Origin: a virus | Taxonomy: Duplodnaviria; Caudoviricetes | Reading direction: 5' to 3' (one strand) | Virus record (IMG/VR): IMGVR_UViG_3300021958_010858 | Location: 2,982-66,981 of that record | Length of the DNA stretch: 64,000 bases | Shown: piece after piece, positions 44,608 to 53,597 of the stretch | How the letters are laid out: the number at the start of each line of letters is the position of its first letter | Position numbering within the stretch: the first letter of the stretch is position 1 | The notes under the pieces: model-generated | What the model saw: the letters and a program-made list of their open reading frames with translations, nothing else | Database searches by the model: none | Told to the model about the DNA's origin: nothing | Made by a program: the position numbers and the translations under genes

Positions 44608-44683
44608 TGGAGCCACCTGTCGGGATCGAACCGACGACATCCTCATTACAAGTGAGGTGCTCTACCAGCTGAGCTAAGGTGGC
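44608..44683 (-). tRNA. tRNA-Thr(UGU), CCA encoded
   Basis: GCCACCT acceptor, anticodon arm CCTCA-CT-TGT-AA-TGAGG, GGTTCGATCC T-loop, 76 nt. Confidence 0.97.
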
Positions 44684-44684
44684 G

Positions 44685-45122
44685 TTAATTTTTTAACACA
44701 TCGGGGTTTTGTTTTATTGTTTGTTTTGTGATTAAATCTTTAAGTCGAGTTGTTGACCACTCGTGTGATCTTGTAGTGTATATTACGCGAGGAGGAAGGT
44801 CGTCTCCAGTAAAACTTTTACCAATATAATCTTCTCCGAGTATACGAATATCAGGTTTCCAGAATTTTATAAGTTCAACAAGCTCTTCTTCTGTTTGGTA
44901 CATATATACTTCATCTATATACTTTATCGCCATGAGGGCTTTATAGCGTTCGTAATATGGTATTACAGGTTTGTATTTCGTAAACCGAGTGGCGCTTGGG
45001 TCTTTTTGAAGAAAAACTAAAAAACGATCACAATGTCGTTTAGCCTCTTCAAATGTATAAATGTAACCTGGGTGCAATAAGTCAAAATTGCCTGCTGTGA
45101 ATCCTGTTATTTCTTTATTCAT
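44685..45122 (-). CDS. cytidylyltransferase-family protein (TagD/RfaE-like)
   Basis: GNFDLLHPGY, ERY..L..IKY.DEV, R.LGEDY, STT. Confidence 0.85.
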   Translation of the reverse strand: MNKEITGFTAGNFDLLHPGYIYTFEEAKRHCDRFLVFLQKDPSATRFTKYKPVIPYYERYKALMAIKYIDEVYMYQTEEELVELIKFWKPDIRILGEDYIGKSFTGDDLPPRVIYTTRSHEWSTTRLKDLITKQTIKQNPDVLKN

Positions 45123-46069
45123 AATAATTCCTTTAGTCCGTCTTTAAATTTTACACTAGGGAACCAATTTAATTCATTTTGAATTTTACTATTATCAATT
45201 GCATATCTCCAGTCATGACCTAGCCGATCTTGAACAAATTCTATTTGGCTTTCATTTTTTTTCAAGAGCTTGAGGATAGTCTTAACAATATCGATATTGC
45301 GGACTTCATTTTTGCCCCCAATATTATAAACTTCTCCAATTTTTCCGCCATGTAATACTGCATCAATGCCAGAGCAGTGGTCTGAAACATGGATCCAGTC
45401 GCGAATATTTCTTCCATTACCATAAACAGGAAGTTTTTTTCCTTCCTTTGCCTTTTTGATCATTAATGGAATTAATTTTTCTTCGTGTTGATTCGGGCCA
45501 TAATTATTTGAACAACGAGTAATCAAAATGGGATAATTGAAAGTCTCATAAAAACTGCGACATAATAAATCCGCGCTAGCCTTACTCGCAGAATAAGGGC
45601 TATTTGCTTGCAGTGGAGTATTTTCAGTGAAAGCATCGTCTTCTTCAGTTAAACTGCCATATACCTCATCTGTGGACACTTGAAGGTATCTTTCGATACT
45701 TGGGCAATCGTGGAGCAAACTCAATAAAGAATGTGTTCCATTTATGTTGGTCTGAACGAAAGGAGTTGAATCATTTATACTATTATCAACATGACTCTCA
45801 GCCGCAAAGTTAACAATGTAATTTATGTTTTGGTGGTGTATAAGATTTTTGATACGTTTTGTATCATTTATATCGCAAATAGATAGAGTGTATCTTCCTG
45901 ACTGCCTTATGTCTTGATCTATGTTGTCGTAACTTGCTGCATACGTTTTGAGGTCAACGTTGTGAATTTTATAATCATACTTATTGAATATGTGTTTTAT
46001 AAAATTGCTTCCAATGAAGCCTAGTCCGCCTGTTACTAAAATAGATTTATGACTTGATTTCTCTTCCAT
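45119..46069 (-). CDS. rfbB: dTDP-glucose 4,6-dehydratase
   Basis: GGLGFIGSNF, FAAESHVD, VSTDEVYG, YSASK, RCSNNYGP, R.GHD.RY. Confidence 0.95.
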   Translation of the reverse strand: MEEKSSHKSILVTGGLGFIGSNFIKHIFNKYDYKIHNVDLKTYAASYDNIDQDIRQSGRYTLSICDINDTKRIKNLIHHQNINYIVNFAAESHVDNSINDSTPFVQTNINGTHSLLSLLHDCPSIERYLQVSTDEVYGSLTEEDDAFTENTPLQANSPYSASKASADLLCRSFYETFNYPILITRCSNNYGPNQHEEKLIPLMIKKAKEGKKLPVYGNGRNIRDWIHVSDHCSGIDAVLHGGKIGEVYNIGGKNEVRNIDIVKTILKLLKKNESQIEFVQDRLGHDWRYAIDNSKIQNELNWFPSVKFKDGLKELL

Positions 46070-46226
46070 CAAATTGAGCCTCTAATTCTTTTAGAAATCT
46101 GTTTCTTTTTTCTTCTGGCAATTTCTTGTATTCTGTATAAAGTCTTCGAAAAACTCTTTTGTGTACTTGGTCTTCTTTATTGTACTTTATAATTTTTTTT
46201 ATTTTTTTAACTGTTTTTTGGCTCAT
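46047..46226 (-). CDS. 59-aa basic protein (not in ORF track)
   Basis: MSQKTVKKIKKII...DGREIKS*; ATGA overlap with guaC. Confidence 0.55.
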   Translation of the reverse strand: MSQKTVKKIKKIIKYNKEDQVHKRVFRRLYTEYKKLPEEKRNRFLKELEAQFDGREIKS

Positions 46227-47215
46227 AGTTCTATGTATTCTACATTCTTTGGATTTAAGATTGAGAGATCTGTGCCTCCTGCATAGCTAACCGAGCTTTG
46301 TAGGTCTTCCTCGATCTCTAAAAGTTTTGATTTGTAAGTCATACCAGACGAAGGTACGTTTTTTAATACCCCCTCTATGTGGGTTTTTGTTTTTTTATTT
46401 TCAAAACTTGCTGACCCATAGTAGGCTTTATGTGTCGAGCCCTGTATTTTAATAGAGTGTGCGGGGCTATCAGTACATGCCGCGAAAATTCCTCCTGCCA
46501 TAACTAGGTCTGCTCCCGCAACTAAAGCTTTAGCTATGTCTCCATTACATTTGACCCCTCCGTCTGCTATGACTGGAATTTTTTTGTGGTCAGCTGTTTG
46601 ATTAAATAAATCGCCAGAATAAACTTCTGCGCAATTTTTGACGCAAGTAAACATTGGCATTGTGAATCCAGTCTTGTCTTTTGTTGTGCAAGGTGATCCT
46701 TGTCCAATTCCTACTTTAACCATATCTGCACCCCAATTGTATAAATCTCTAACCGCCTCTGGTGTCGCGACATTCCCAGCAATAATCTTCGTTGAGGGCA
46801 TTGCTGCTTTGCAGTGCGCCAACATTTCTTTCATTTTTTTTGAGTGTCCGTGTGCAATATCAATTGTGATGCAATGTACCCTTCCTCTTTGTCCATTTCT
46901 TTTTAGCTTCGAGAGGGTTTGTATATCGTTTTCTTGTACACCAAGACTAATGGAAACTAGATTCCACTCTTCTCTGTTTGCCCTGTCTGCAAAAGCCACG
47001 TTATCTACATCAAACCTATGCATAATATAAAAATATCCATTCTCGCTCAACCACTTGCATAAATCTTCTGTGATTACCGCCTTCATATTGGCGGGAATAA
47101 TTGGTAATTTATAGTCTGCGCCAAATATAGATGTCGCTACGTTGCATTCTGACCTACTTTCGCACGATGAATAGTTTGGTTTTAATGAGATGTCTGAGTA
47201 TTTCAAAGCTCGCAT
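46223..47215 (-). CDS. guaC: GMP reductase
   Basis: IPANM, IDIAHGHS, AGNV.T, KVGIGQGSPCTT, IADGG, MAGG. Confidence 0.92.
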   Translation of the reverse strand: MRALKYSDISLKPNYSSCESRSECNVATSIFGADYKLPIIPANMKAVITEDLCKWLSENGYFYIMHRFDVDNVAFADRANREEWNLVSISLGVQENDIQTLSKLKRNGQRGRVHCITIDIAHGHSKKMKEMLAHCKAAMPSTKIIAGNVATPEAVRDLYNWGADMVKVGIGQGSPCTTKDKTGFTMPMFTCVKNCAEVYSGDLFNQTADHKKIPVIADGGVKCNGDIAKALVAGADLVMAGGIFAACTDSPAHSIKIQGSTHKAYYGSASFENKKTKTHIEGVLKNVPSSGMTYKSKLLEIEEDLQSSVSYAGGTDLSILNPKNVEYIEL

Positions 47216-47254
47216 AGGTTATTATATATACCTGATATGTAAAAAATCAAGATG

Positions 47255-49678
47255 TTACTTCGCTTCTATCTCTGATTTTGATTCTTTGAATTTAAAATTA
47301 ATTTCTTTTAGGTCTTTGTTTTCTAAAATTTTTCTTGCACAAATCGACTGAACTTCGTCTCTAAAAATTCTTTGCAAGGGTCTTGCTCCCATGTTTTCCT
47401 CCATTGCTCTTTTGCATATATCTATTCTTGCTTGCGCTGAGATCTTTAAGTTTATGTTTTTCTTTTTTAATTGTTTTTGAAAGTCTTTTATTTCTGTGTT
47501 TAGTATTTTTCTTAAATCTTCTATTTTTAATTGATTGTAAGCTATAATAGAGTCTATCCTATTCAAGAGCTCAAGTTTAAAATGCTTCTTCGCTGAATTT
47601 AAAATTGATTTTTTTAGATCTTTTGTGTTTGGCTCTTGGCTCATGAAGCCTACTGAGCTTGTTTTTTGATATAACTCTTGCCCAACATTAGACGTCATTA
47701 CTATTATTGCGTTTGAGAAATCCGCAGATTGCCCCATATTGCCCGTTAATTTTCCTTCTTCTAGGATTTGAAGTAATAAATTTAATACGTCTTCGTGCGC
47801 TTTTTCTATTTCGTCAAAAATAATAACACAATACGGGTTTCTCTTTACTCTTTCTATTAACTGCGCTCCTTCTTCGTATCCAACATATCCTGGCGAGGCC
47901 CCAATTAATCTTGTTATTGATGTTTTTTCTGAGAACTCGGACATGTCTAACTGAATTAAATTATCCTCTCTTTCAAATAAATTTCTGGCAATCATTTTTG
48001 CCGTGTATGTTTTACCTAAGCCCGTGGAACCTAGAAAAAGAAAGCTTCCTATTGGCTTGGTGCTGTCACTTAAGCCCGAAAAAGAAAACATAACTGCTTC
48101 GTTGATCGCTTTTACTGCATCATCCTGGCCAATAACTGATTTCAAGAGCTTTTTTTCTAAGTCGATAGCTTCGCTGCTATAATCTTTTTTGATTTTTTCG
48201 ATGGGAATGCCTGTTTTTTCTGAAATTACTTTGTATAAGTCTTGTTCTGTTACTTTTACTCCTATTTTCTTACATTCTTTTGCCCAGTCATCAAGTTTAT
48301 TTTTGTACGACTCGAAAACCTTCTCTGCCCTATTCATTATTTTTACTTTAGCTTTTCCTTTTGCAAATTCTTCCTGGTCGAAAAGTTTTTGTAAATTTTT
48401 TTCTATTTTTTTAATATTCTGCGGTCTTTTAAATGCTTTTATTTTAACTTTAGAGGCAGATTGATCTATTAAATCTATTGCCTTGTCTGGCAAAAACTTA
48501 TCCATGATATATTTTTTTGACAAGTCTACTGCTGCCTCTATTGACTCTGCTGTGTACTCTATACCGTGAAAATTTTCATAGGTTTTAGAGACTTTATTTA
48601 AAATTTTAATTGCTTGATCTCTCGTTGGCTCATTTACTGAAATTGAATGGAACCTTCTATCTAATGCTCCATCTTTTAGTATTGTTTTTCTATATTCATC
48701 AAAAGTTGTCGCTCCAATACATCTTACTTGACCCCTTGCTAGGAAGGGTTTTAAGATATTTGCTGCGTCCATTCCTCCTTCCGAGTTGCCTGCGCCAATA
48801 AGCGTATGAATTTCATCTATAAATAATATGACTCTTTGGTCCGCCGAAGCTTCTGTTATTAAATTTTTTAACCTTTCCTCAAACTGTCCTCGATATTTTG
48901 TCCCCGCAATCATTGCTGGTAAATCTATTGCATAGATTTTTTTATCTAATAAAAATTCTGCCGAATCGCCTTTTGCTATTTTTTGAGCTAAAGCTTCAAT
49001 TACTGCGGTTTTCCCTACTCCAGCATCTCCTAATAATATTGGATTATTTTTTGCTTTTCTGCATAAGACTTCTGATATTTGGATTATTTCATTTTCTTTA
49101 TAGAAAACTTCGTCTAATTTATTTTGTGCTGCAAGTTCCGTGTAGTCGATAGAAAATTTTGCTAACGCGCTTTCTTTGGGTTGCGTTTCTGTAGTATTTA
49201 GCGGTGTTGGTGTGCTGGGGTTTTTTTCTGGAGACTTGTTGCAAGTTATATACTCTTCTACTGATCGTAATACTTTCTGTATATTATGTCCCAAATCTTC
49301 AAAATAGTCTTTGATTCCTTCGCTTGACACGCAAACATAAAAAAGGTGCTCTAAGCCTACGTAATCGTGATTAAATTGAGTGGCGTATACTAGAGATTGT
49401 TTTATATTTTCCTTAAAAGATTCGCTGAATTCTGGGATATTCTTTTCCGACTCTTCTAGAATTGCTTCCTGTAGAATTGTCGACAATAGTCCTCCATCAA
49501 TATTTAAATTTTCTAAAATATTGTTAATGACGAATTGCCTCGCTTCCAGGATCGCTATCAAGAGATGTACGGGTTCCGTAGAGGAATTATTTAATTCCAT
49601 TGCAATCTTTTTTGCAGACGCTATGGCTTTTTGCGCGCGGGGCGTAAAATTAGGAGTAATGTTATTCATTCTTCTCAT
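47255..49678 (-). CDS. clpC: ClpC/ClpA-type AAA+ chaperone with ClpP-docking loop
   Basis: Clp-N repeats, GDAGVGKT/FIDEIH, GSTGLGKT/FDEIEKAH, SVGF loop, GARPL. Confidence 0.92.
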   Translation of the reverse strand: MRRMNNITPNFTPRAQKAIASAKKIAMELNNSSTEPVHLLIAILEARQFVINNILENLNIDGGLLSTILQEAILEESEKNIPEFSESFKENIKQSLVYATQFNHDYVGLEHLFYVCVSSEGIKDYFEDLGHNIQKVLRSVEEYITCNKSPEKNPSTPTPLNTTETQPKESALAKFSIDYTELAAQNKLDEVFYKENEIIQISEVLCRKAKNNPILLGDAGVGKTAVIEALAQKIAKGDSAEFLLDKKIYAIDLPAMIAGTKYRGQFEERLKNLITEASADQRVILFIDEIHTLIGAGNSEGGMDAANILKPFLARGQVRCIGATTFDEYRKTILKDGALDRRFHSISVNEPTRDQAIKILNKVSKTYENFHGIEYTAESIEAAVDLSKKYIMDKFLPDKAIDLIDQSASKVKIKAFKRPQNIKKIEKNLQKLFDQEEFAKGKAKVKIMNRAEKVFESYKNKLDDWAKECKKIGVKVTEQDLYKVISEKTGIPIEKIKKDYSSEAIDLEKKLLKSVIGQDDAVKAINEAVMFSFSGLSDSTKPIGSFLFLGSTGLGKTYTAKMIARNLFEREDNLIQLDMSEFSEKTSITRLIGASPGYVGYEEGAQLIERVKRNPYCVIIFDEIEKAHEDVLNLLLQILEEGKLTGNMGQSADFSNAIIVMTSNVGQELYQKTSSVGFMSQEPNTKDLKKSILNSAKKHFKLELLNRIDSIIAYNQLKIEDLRKILNTEIKDFQKQLKKKNINLKISAQARIDICKRAMEENMGARPLQRIFRDEVQSICARKILENKDLKEINFKFKESKSEIEAK

Positions 49679-49687
49679 ATAAATACA

Positions 49688-52252
49688 CTATTTTAGGTCA
49701 CTAAGCTTCATATAAATTTTTTCATCAACTATGGAGAGTTCGTTTGCAAATACAATATCTTCTCCTTTTGATCCATAAACCATAACTATGCTATTTTTTT
49801 GTGGAACTTTTCCTCCCCTGTCTAAATATTTTTTGCAACTCGGGTTTCTTCTGTTGTCTGCCAGCATTGCGCTATATCTTCCAACTTCGTCGCTTAAAAA
49901 TAACCTTATGTACTGGTTGCCGTTTCTGCTTACTCTTTTCATGGAGTCTTCAACTACAGCTATAAACTTGCCGCGCTCTCCTACAGCCATATTGTAATAA
50001 TCATTTGCGTCCATCAGGTCTCCGAAATCAAGAGAAAAGGTTTCCTTGAGCGAAACGCTGTAGCTGTAGCCCAATAATTGAGTTTCAAAGTACCAGTTTG
50101 CAAATTTTTCATATCTTTTATTTTTATCATAAATCTCTTTGTATGGCAAATATTTTTTCTTGAATGTATTAAATCTCGATTCCGACATCAAAGCTCTATT
50201 GTCGTCTCCTGGGAGATTTTCTTTTACCGCCGCTTCAATGCTCTTTAGTATGTCGTGGTCAAATTTTGGACCAAGCGCAATAAAGTTCCTCTTCTCTCTA
50301 TCTGTCAAGAGATTAAATGCCTGCGCTTCTAGTACCAGCCTGGGTCTTCTTGATTTAAATTCTGACAACGCTCCAGCTTGAATTAGCGCAGAGAGAATTC
50401 CTATATTTAGCCCAGCTTGCTTTGCGGATAAAAATATATCATACTTTGTTGGCGTGTCACTTTCTCTGAAATCTCTAAGAGACTGTAGGGATTTCTCGCT
50501 TACGCCCTTGATTGAATTTAGTCCAAACCTGATGTCCGAATCTTCTTTTGAGAAATCCATTTTAGATTTAACTAGGTCTGGTGACTTCAGTAAGATATTG
50601 AAGTGCGGTAAGTCTTGGCAAACTTTTCGTATTTCTTCTTGTGGAGAAGGTTCGTATTTTGTCATTTTAAGCAAGCTTAAAAAGAAATCTTGAGGGTATT
50701 TAAATTTTAAATACGCAGTCCAAGCCGCAAGAGAGGCGTAAGCAATAGAGTGCGACTTATTGAACGAATAGTTTGCGCTGTCTTCCGCTACCTTCCATAA
50801 TACATCTCCAATCTCTGGATCTAGATTATTTTGCTCTATCTTTTTTTCGATTTTTTCTTTCCACTCTGGCATCTTGTCCACCTTCTTTTTTCCAACAATT
50901 CTCCTGAGTTGCTCAGACTCGTCTAGCGAAAATCCTACCTTCACCGCCATTTTCATAAGTTGCTCTTGATATAAGGGAAGCCCCCCTGTATAAGAAAGTA
51001 CATCGTCGTAGAATTCATGTACGCTTTGGAATTCTCCCGTTCTAACATATGATGCGTAATCGTCAAGAAAGTCTAATGCGCCTGGTCTGCCTATAGCGAT
51101 AACTGCAGATAGCTCCTCTAGATTTTTTGGATTAATTTTTCTACAAACTTTGAAATTTGCGTCTGCTTCAATTTGAAATAGGCCATGTGGGGTTTTTAGG
51201 TTTGTTAGATTTTTATAGGTTTCTTCTTTATCTAAAAAATCCATGTTTGACATATCTAAGTCAAGTCTTTTGCAAACATCATGTATTACACTTAAGGTTC
51301 TCAATCCAAGAATATCAAACTTAACCATAAGTTCTGAGACCCAATTCATGTCATAGCCTGTGACTAGCGCCCCTTCATTTGTCAGCTGCACTGGGCATAT
51401 GTCTGTCAGCTTGTCGTGGGAAATTGCAATTCCAGACGGATGAACTCCAGTATTTTTATTTAAGCCTTCTAGTTTTCTAGCTATACTAAAAACTTTTTTA
51501 TTTTTCACCGCCCACTCAGCAAATACTTCGCTTTCCACTATTGCGGTTTTAAGTGGCGCAACTTTACCGAAGTGCTTTGGGATAAGGTCACTTACCCTGT
51601 TGACTTCTTGCTCTGAGTATTCTCCAACTATCTTTCCACATTCTTTAACGCATAACTTTCCGCTAAGAGTGTTTAGAGTCAATATTTTACAAGTTCGGCC
51701 TGGATGTTTGCGCTCAATGTAATCTATAACTTCTTTTCTCCTTTCATAAGAGATGTCATTGTCTACATCTGCCAGTAGAGATCCGTCTAGATAGGTGACA
51801 CCGTCTTTCTCAGTCTTCTTTGCCCTACTCTTTGAAACAAACCTTTCAAAAAATAGATCGTGCTTTACTGGGTCTATGTTTGTAACTCCAATAAGATACA
51901 GCACCAAACTCCCTGCTGCCGATCCTCGACCTGGACCAGTCGGGATATCGTTTTCGTGACAATAATTTAAAATGTCCCAATTTAGGAGAATGTAGTCTGT
52001 AAATCCAAGGTCTTCTAGTATTGAAAGCTCAGTTTTTGCCCTTTGAAAATACTCGTCTTTATTAGATAGTTCGTCTATTTTCCTTTCTTTAATTCCTTTG
52101 TGGCATAGCTTTCTCAAGAAATTAAAATTAGAGGTACCTTTGTCTATATTTAATTCTTTATAATATTTGTCTTCAATATTTGTTTTCGGCAACCTTACTC
52201 CTGGCGGCGCGCAATCTTCATATTTAACAAACTTGTCTGTAAAAGAATCCAT
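49688..52252 (-). CDS. dnaE: DNA polymerase III alpha catalytic chain lacking PHP domain
   Basis: GRGSAAGS, ADVDND, HPSG, KFDILGL, YQEQ.M, YSFNKSH, C-terminal OB region. Confidence 0.95.
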   Translation of the reverse strand: MDSFTDKFVKYEDCAPPGVRLPKTNIEDKYYKELNIDKGTSNFNFLRKLCHKGIKERKIDELSNKDEYFQRAKTELSILEDLGFTDYILLNWDILNYCHENDIPTGPGRGSAAGSLVLYLIGVTNIDPVKHDLFFERFVSKSRAKKTEKDGVTYLDGSLLADVDNDISYERRKEVIDYIERKHPGRTCKILTLNTLSGKLCVKECGKIVGEYSEQEVNRVSDLIPKHFGKVAPLKTAIVESEVFAEWAVKNKKVFSIARKLEGLNKNTGVHPSGIAISHDKLTDICPVQLTNEGALVTGYDMNWVSELMVKFDILGLRTLSVIHDVCKRLDLDMSNMDFLDKEETYKNLTNLKTPHGLFQIEADANFKVCRKINPKNLEELSAVIAIGRPGALDFLDDYASYVRTGEFQSVHEFYDDVLSYTGGLPLYQEQLMKMAVKVGFSLDESEQLRRIVGKKKVDKMPEWKEKIEKKIEQNNLDPEIGDVLWKVAEDSANYSFNKSHSIAYASLAAWTAYLKFKYPQDFFLSLLKMTKYEPSPQEEIRKVCQDLPHFNILLKSPDLVKSKMDFSKEDSDIRFGLNSIKGVSEKSLQSLRDFRESDTPTKYDIFLSAKQAGLNIGILSALIQAGALSEFKSRRPRLVLEAQAFNLLTDREKRNFIALGPKFDHDILKSIEAAVKENLPGDDNRALMSESRFNTFKKKYLPYKEIYDKNKRYEKFANWYFETQLLGYSYSVSLKETFSLDFGDLMDANDYYNMAVGERGKFIAVVEDSMKRVSRNGNQYIRLFLSDEVGRYSAMLADNRRNPSCKKYLDRGGKVPQKNSIVMVYGSKGEDIVFANELSIVDEKIYMKLSDLK

Positions 52253-52282
52253 ATTTACAATATGGTTAATTAAGCTCTATAA

Positions 52283-52960
52283 TCAAGCTTTTTTGTCTAG
52301 AATAACTGTAGATGGTAGAGCCTTTATATCTTCATAGGTTACATAAGTTAGCAGGTCTTCCTTCGGCGAGCCATCTTGATTTCGATACTTAAACCTCCTA
52401 GTGTAAAGCTTGTACTCCGCATCTCCAGAATATTCTACATATTCCTCTCCTTTTTTAAGGCCGCTCCATCCTACTTTTTTAAGCTTCTCGAAAAGCATGC
52501 TTACTGGACTGTTTTTAATTAGCCATTCTAAAACTTCTTGTCTATCTGCAACGATTTGTTGTCCAGAATTTGTCACAAACAGTATTAAATCGGCTTTTTT
52601 GGGCCTTAACCATCCAGGTCCACCATGTACGTTCTGTAGTTCGAGTGCAGTCCATGTGTCGCTTACTTGAGTGGTTGCCCTCGTTTGGCCTTTGGGGATT
52701 TTTTTCTTAGCGCTTTTTGCGTCAACAGAGACAACTTCTCCATATTTTTTAAAAAATGAAACTAATGCCCCGCTAGAATTTGTAGAATCCTGAATTAAAA
52801 TATCTCTTCCTTGCTTATCTTCTTTTGTTGTTGTGTCTCGGGGTATAACGTACCCGTGCTGTTTTAATCTTTCTTCCGCTGCTATATGGGCTGCCTTGCC
52901 CGCTTGCGCAGCTTTTCCGCTCCTATCGTTCTTTTTTTCTTGAAAATGTTTTTTGCTCAT
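52283..52960 (-). CDS. PD-(D/E)XK-type putative endonuclease
   Basis: ED..G.D, VDAK, W.ALE..NV.G..GWL...AD. Confidence 0.6.
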   Translation of the reverse strand: MSKKHFQEKKNDRSGKAAQAGKAAHIAAEERLKQHGYVIPRDTTTKEDKQGRDILIQDSTNSSGALVSFFKKYGEVVSVDAKSAKKKIPKGQTRATTQVSDTWTALELQNVHGGPGWLRPKKADLILFVTNSGQQIVADRQEVLEWLIKNSPVSMLFEKLKKVGWSGLKKGEEYVEYSGDAEYKLYTRRFKYRNQDGSPKEDLLTYVTYEDIKALPSTVILDKKA

Positions 52961-52961
52961 A

Positions 52962-53597
52962 TTATATTTCTATGTTCCATATTAGTTTTTGAAATACTTC
53001 ATAGTTTTTTTGAATGTCGTACAAAGCATCGTGAAGTTTTTTGGGGTCAAAGTTTATGTCATAATCTTTACAGCACTGCGCTAAAGAAGTTTTCAATCCT
53101 TTTTTTCTAAACTTAGTTAGCTTGTACTGCCAAGAAAGTAAATCATGATTCTTGTCGTAGTTTATGTTTGCTTTTATTGCCTTGGCCAAGCAATTTGTAT
53201 CTATGAAATTTTTTAGATACGAATAGTCCCTTTTCTTTCCTAAGAGCTCTCTATAAATACCGTGAATGTAAACATCAAAGCCGAGTCCGTTATGTGCTAC
53301 TTTAATGTAAGAGTCGTCATATAAATATTTTTCAAAATGCTTTAGTGGCTCAGATGGGTCCACTGCTCTTGACTCGTATTTTCTTTTTGTCCAGCCCGTT
53401 ATTTTTGCAGCCTCTGGTGACATTTTTAAATTGTCCCATTTTAGCCAATAGTCTAGCTTTTCTGTGACTCTCCCTTTTTCTGCCACAATAAAACTCAACT
53501 GCCAAGGTTTGTTATCTAGCGATGCTAGGTTTAAATTGCAAGTCTCGAAATCGAAGACCATATAATTTTGGCCTTTATTAAATCTAAGCAAGCTCAT
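52962..53597 (-). CDS. DEDDh 3'-5' exonuclease (epsilon-like)
   Basis: VFDFET, AHNG.GFD, HDALYD. Confidence 0.9.
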   Translation of the reverse strand: MSLLRFNKGQNYMVFDFETCNLNLASLDNKPWQLSFIVAEKGRVTEKLDYWLKWDNLKMSPEAAKITGWTKRKYESRAVDPSEPLKHFEKYLYDDSYIKVAHNGLGFDVYIHGIYRELLGKKRDYSYLKNFIDTNCLAKAIKANINYDKNHDLLSWQYKLTKFRKKGLKTSLAQCCKDYDINFDPKKLHDALYDIQKNYEVFQKLIWNIEI

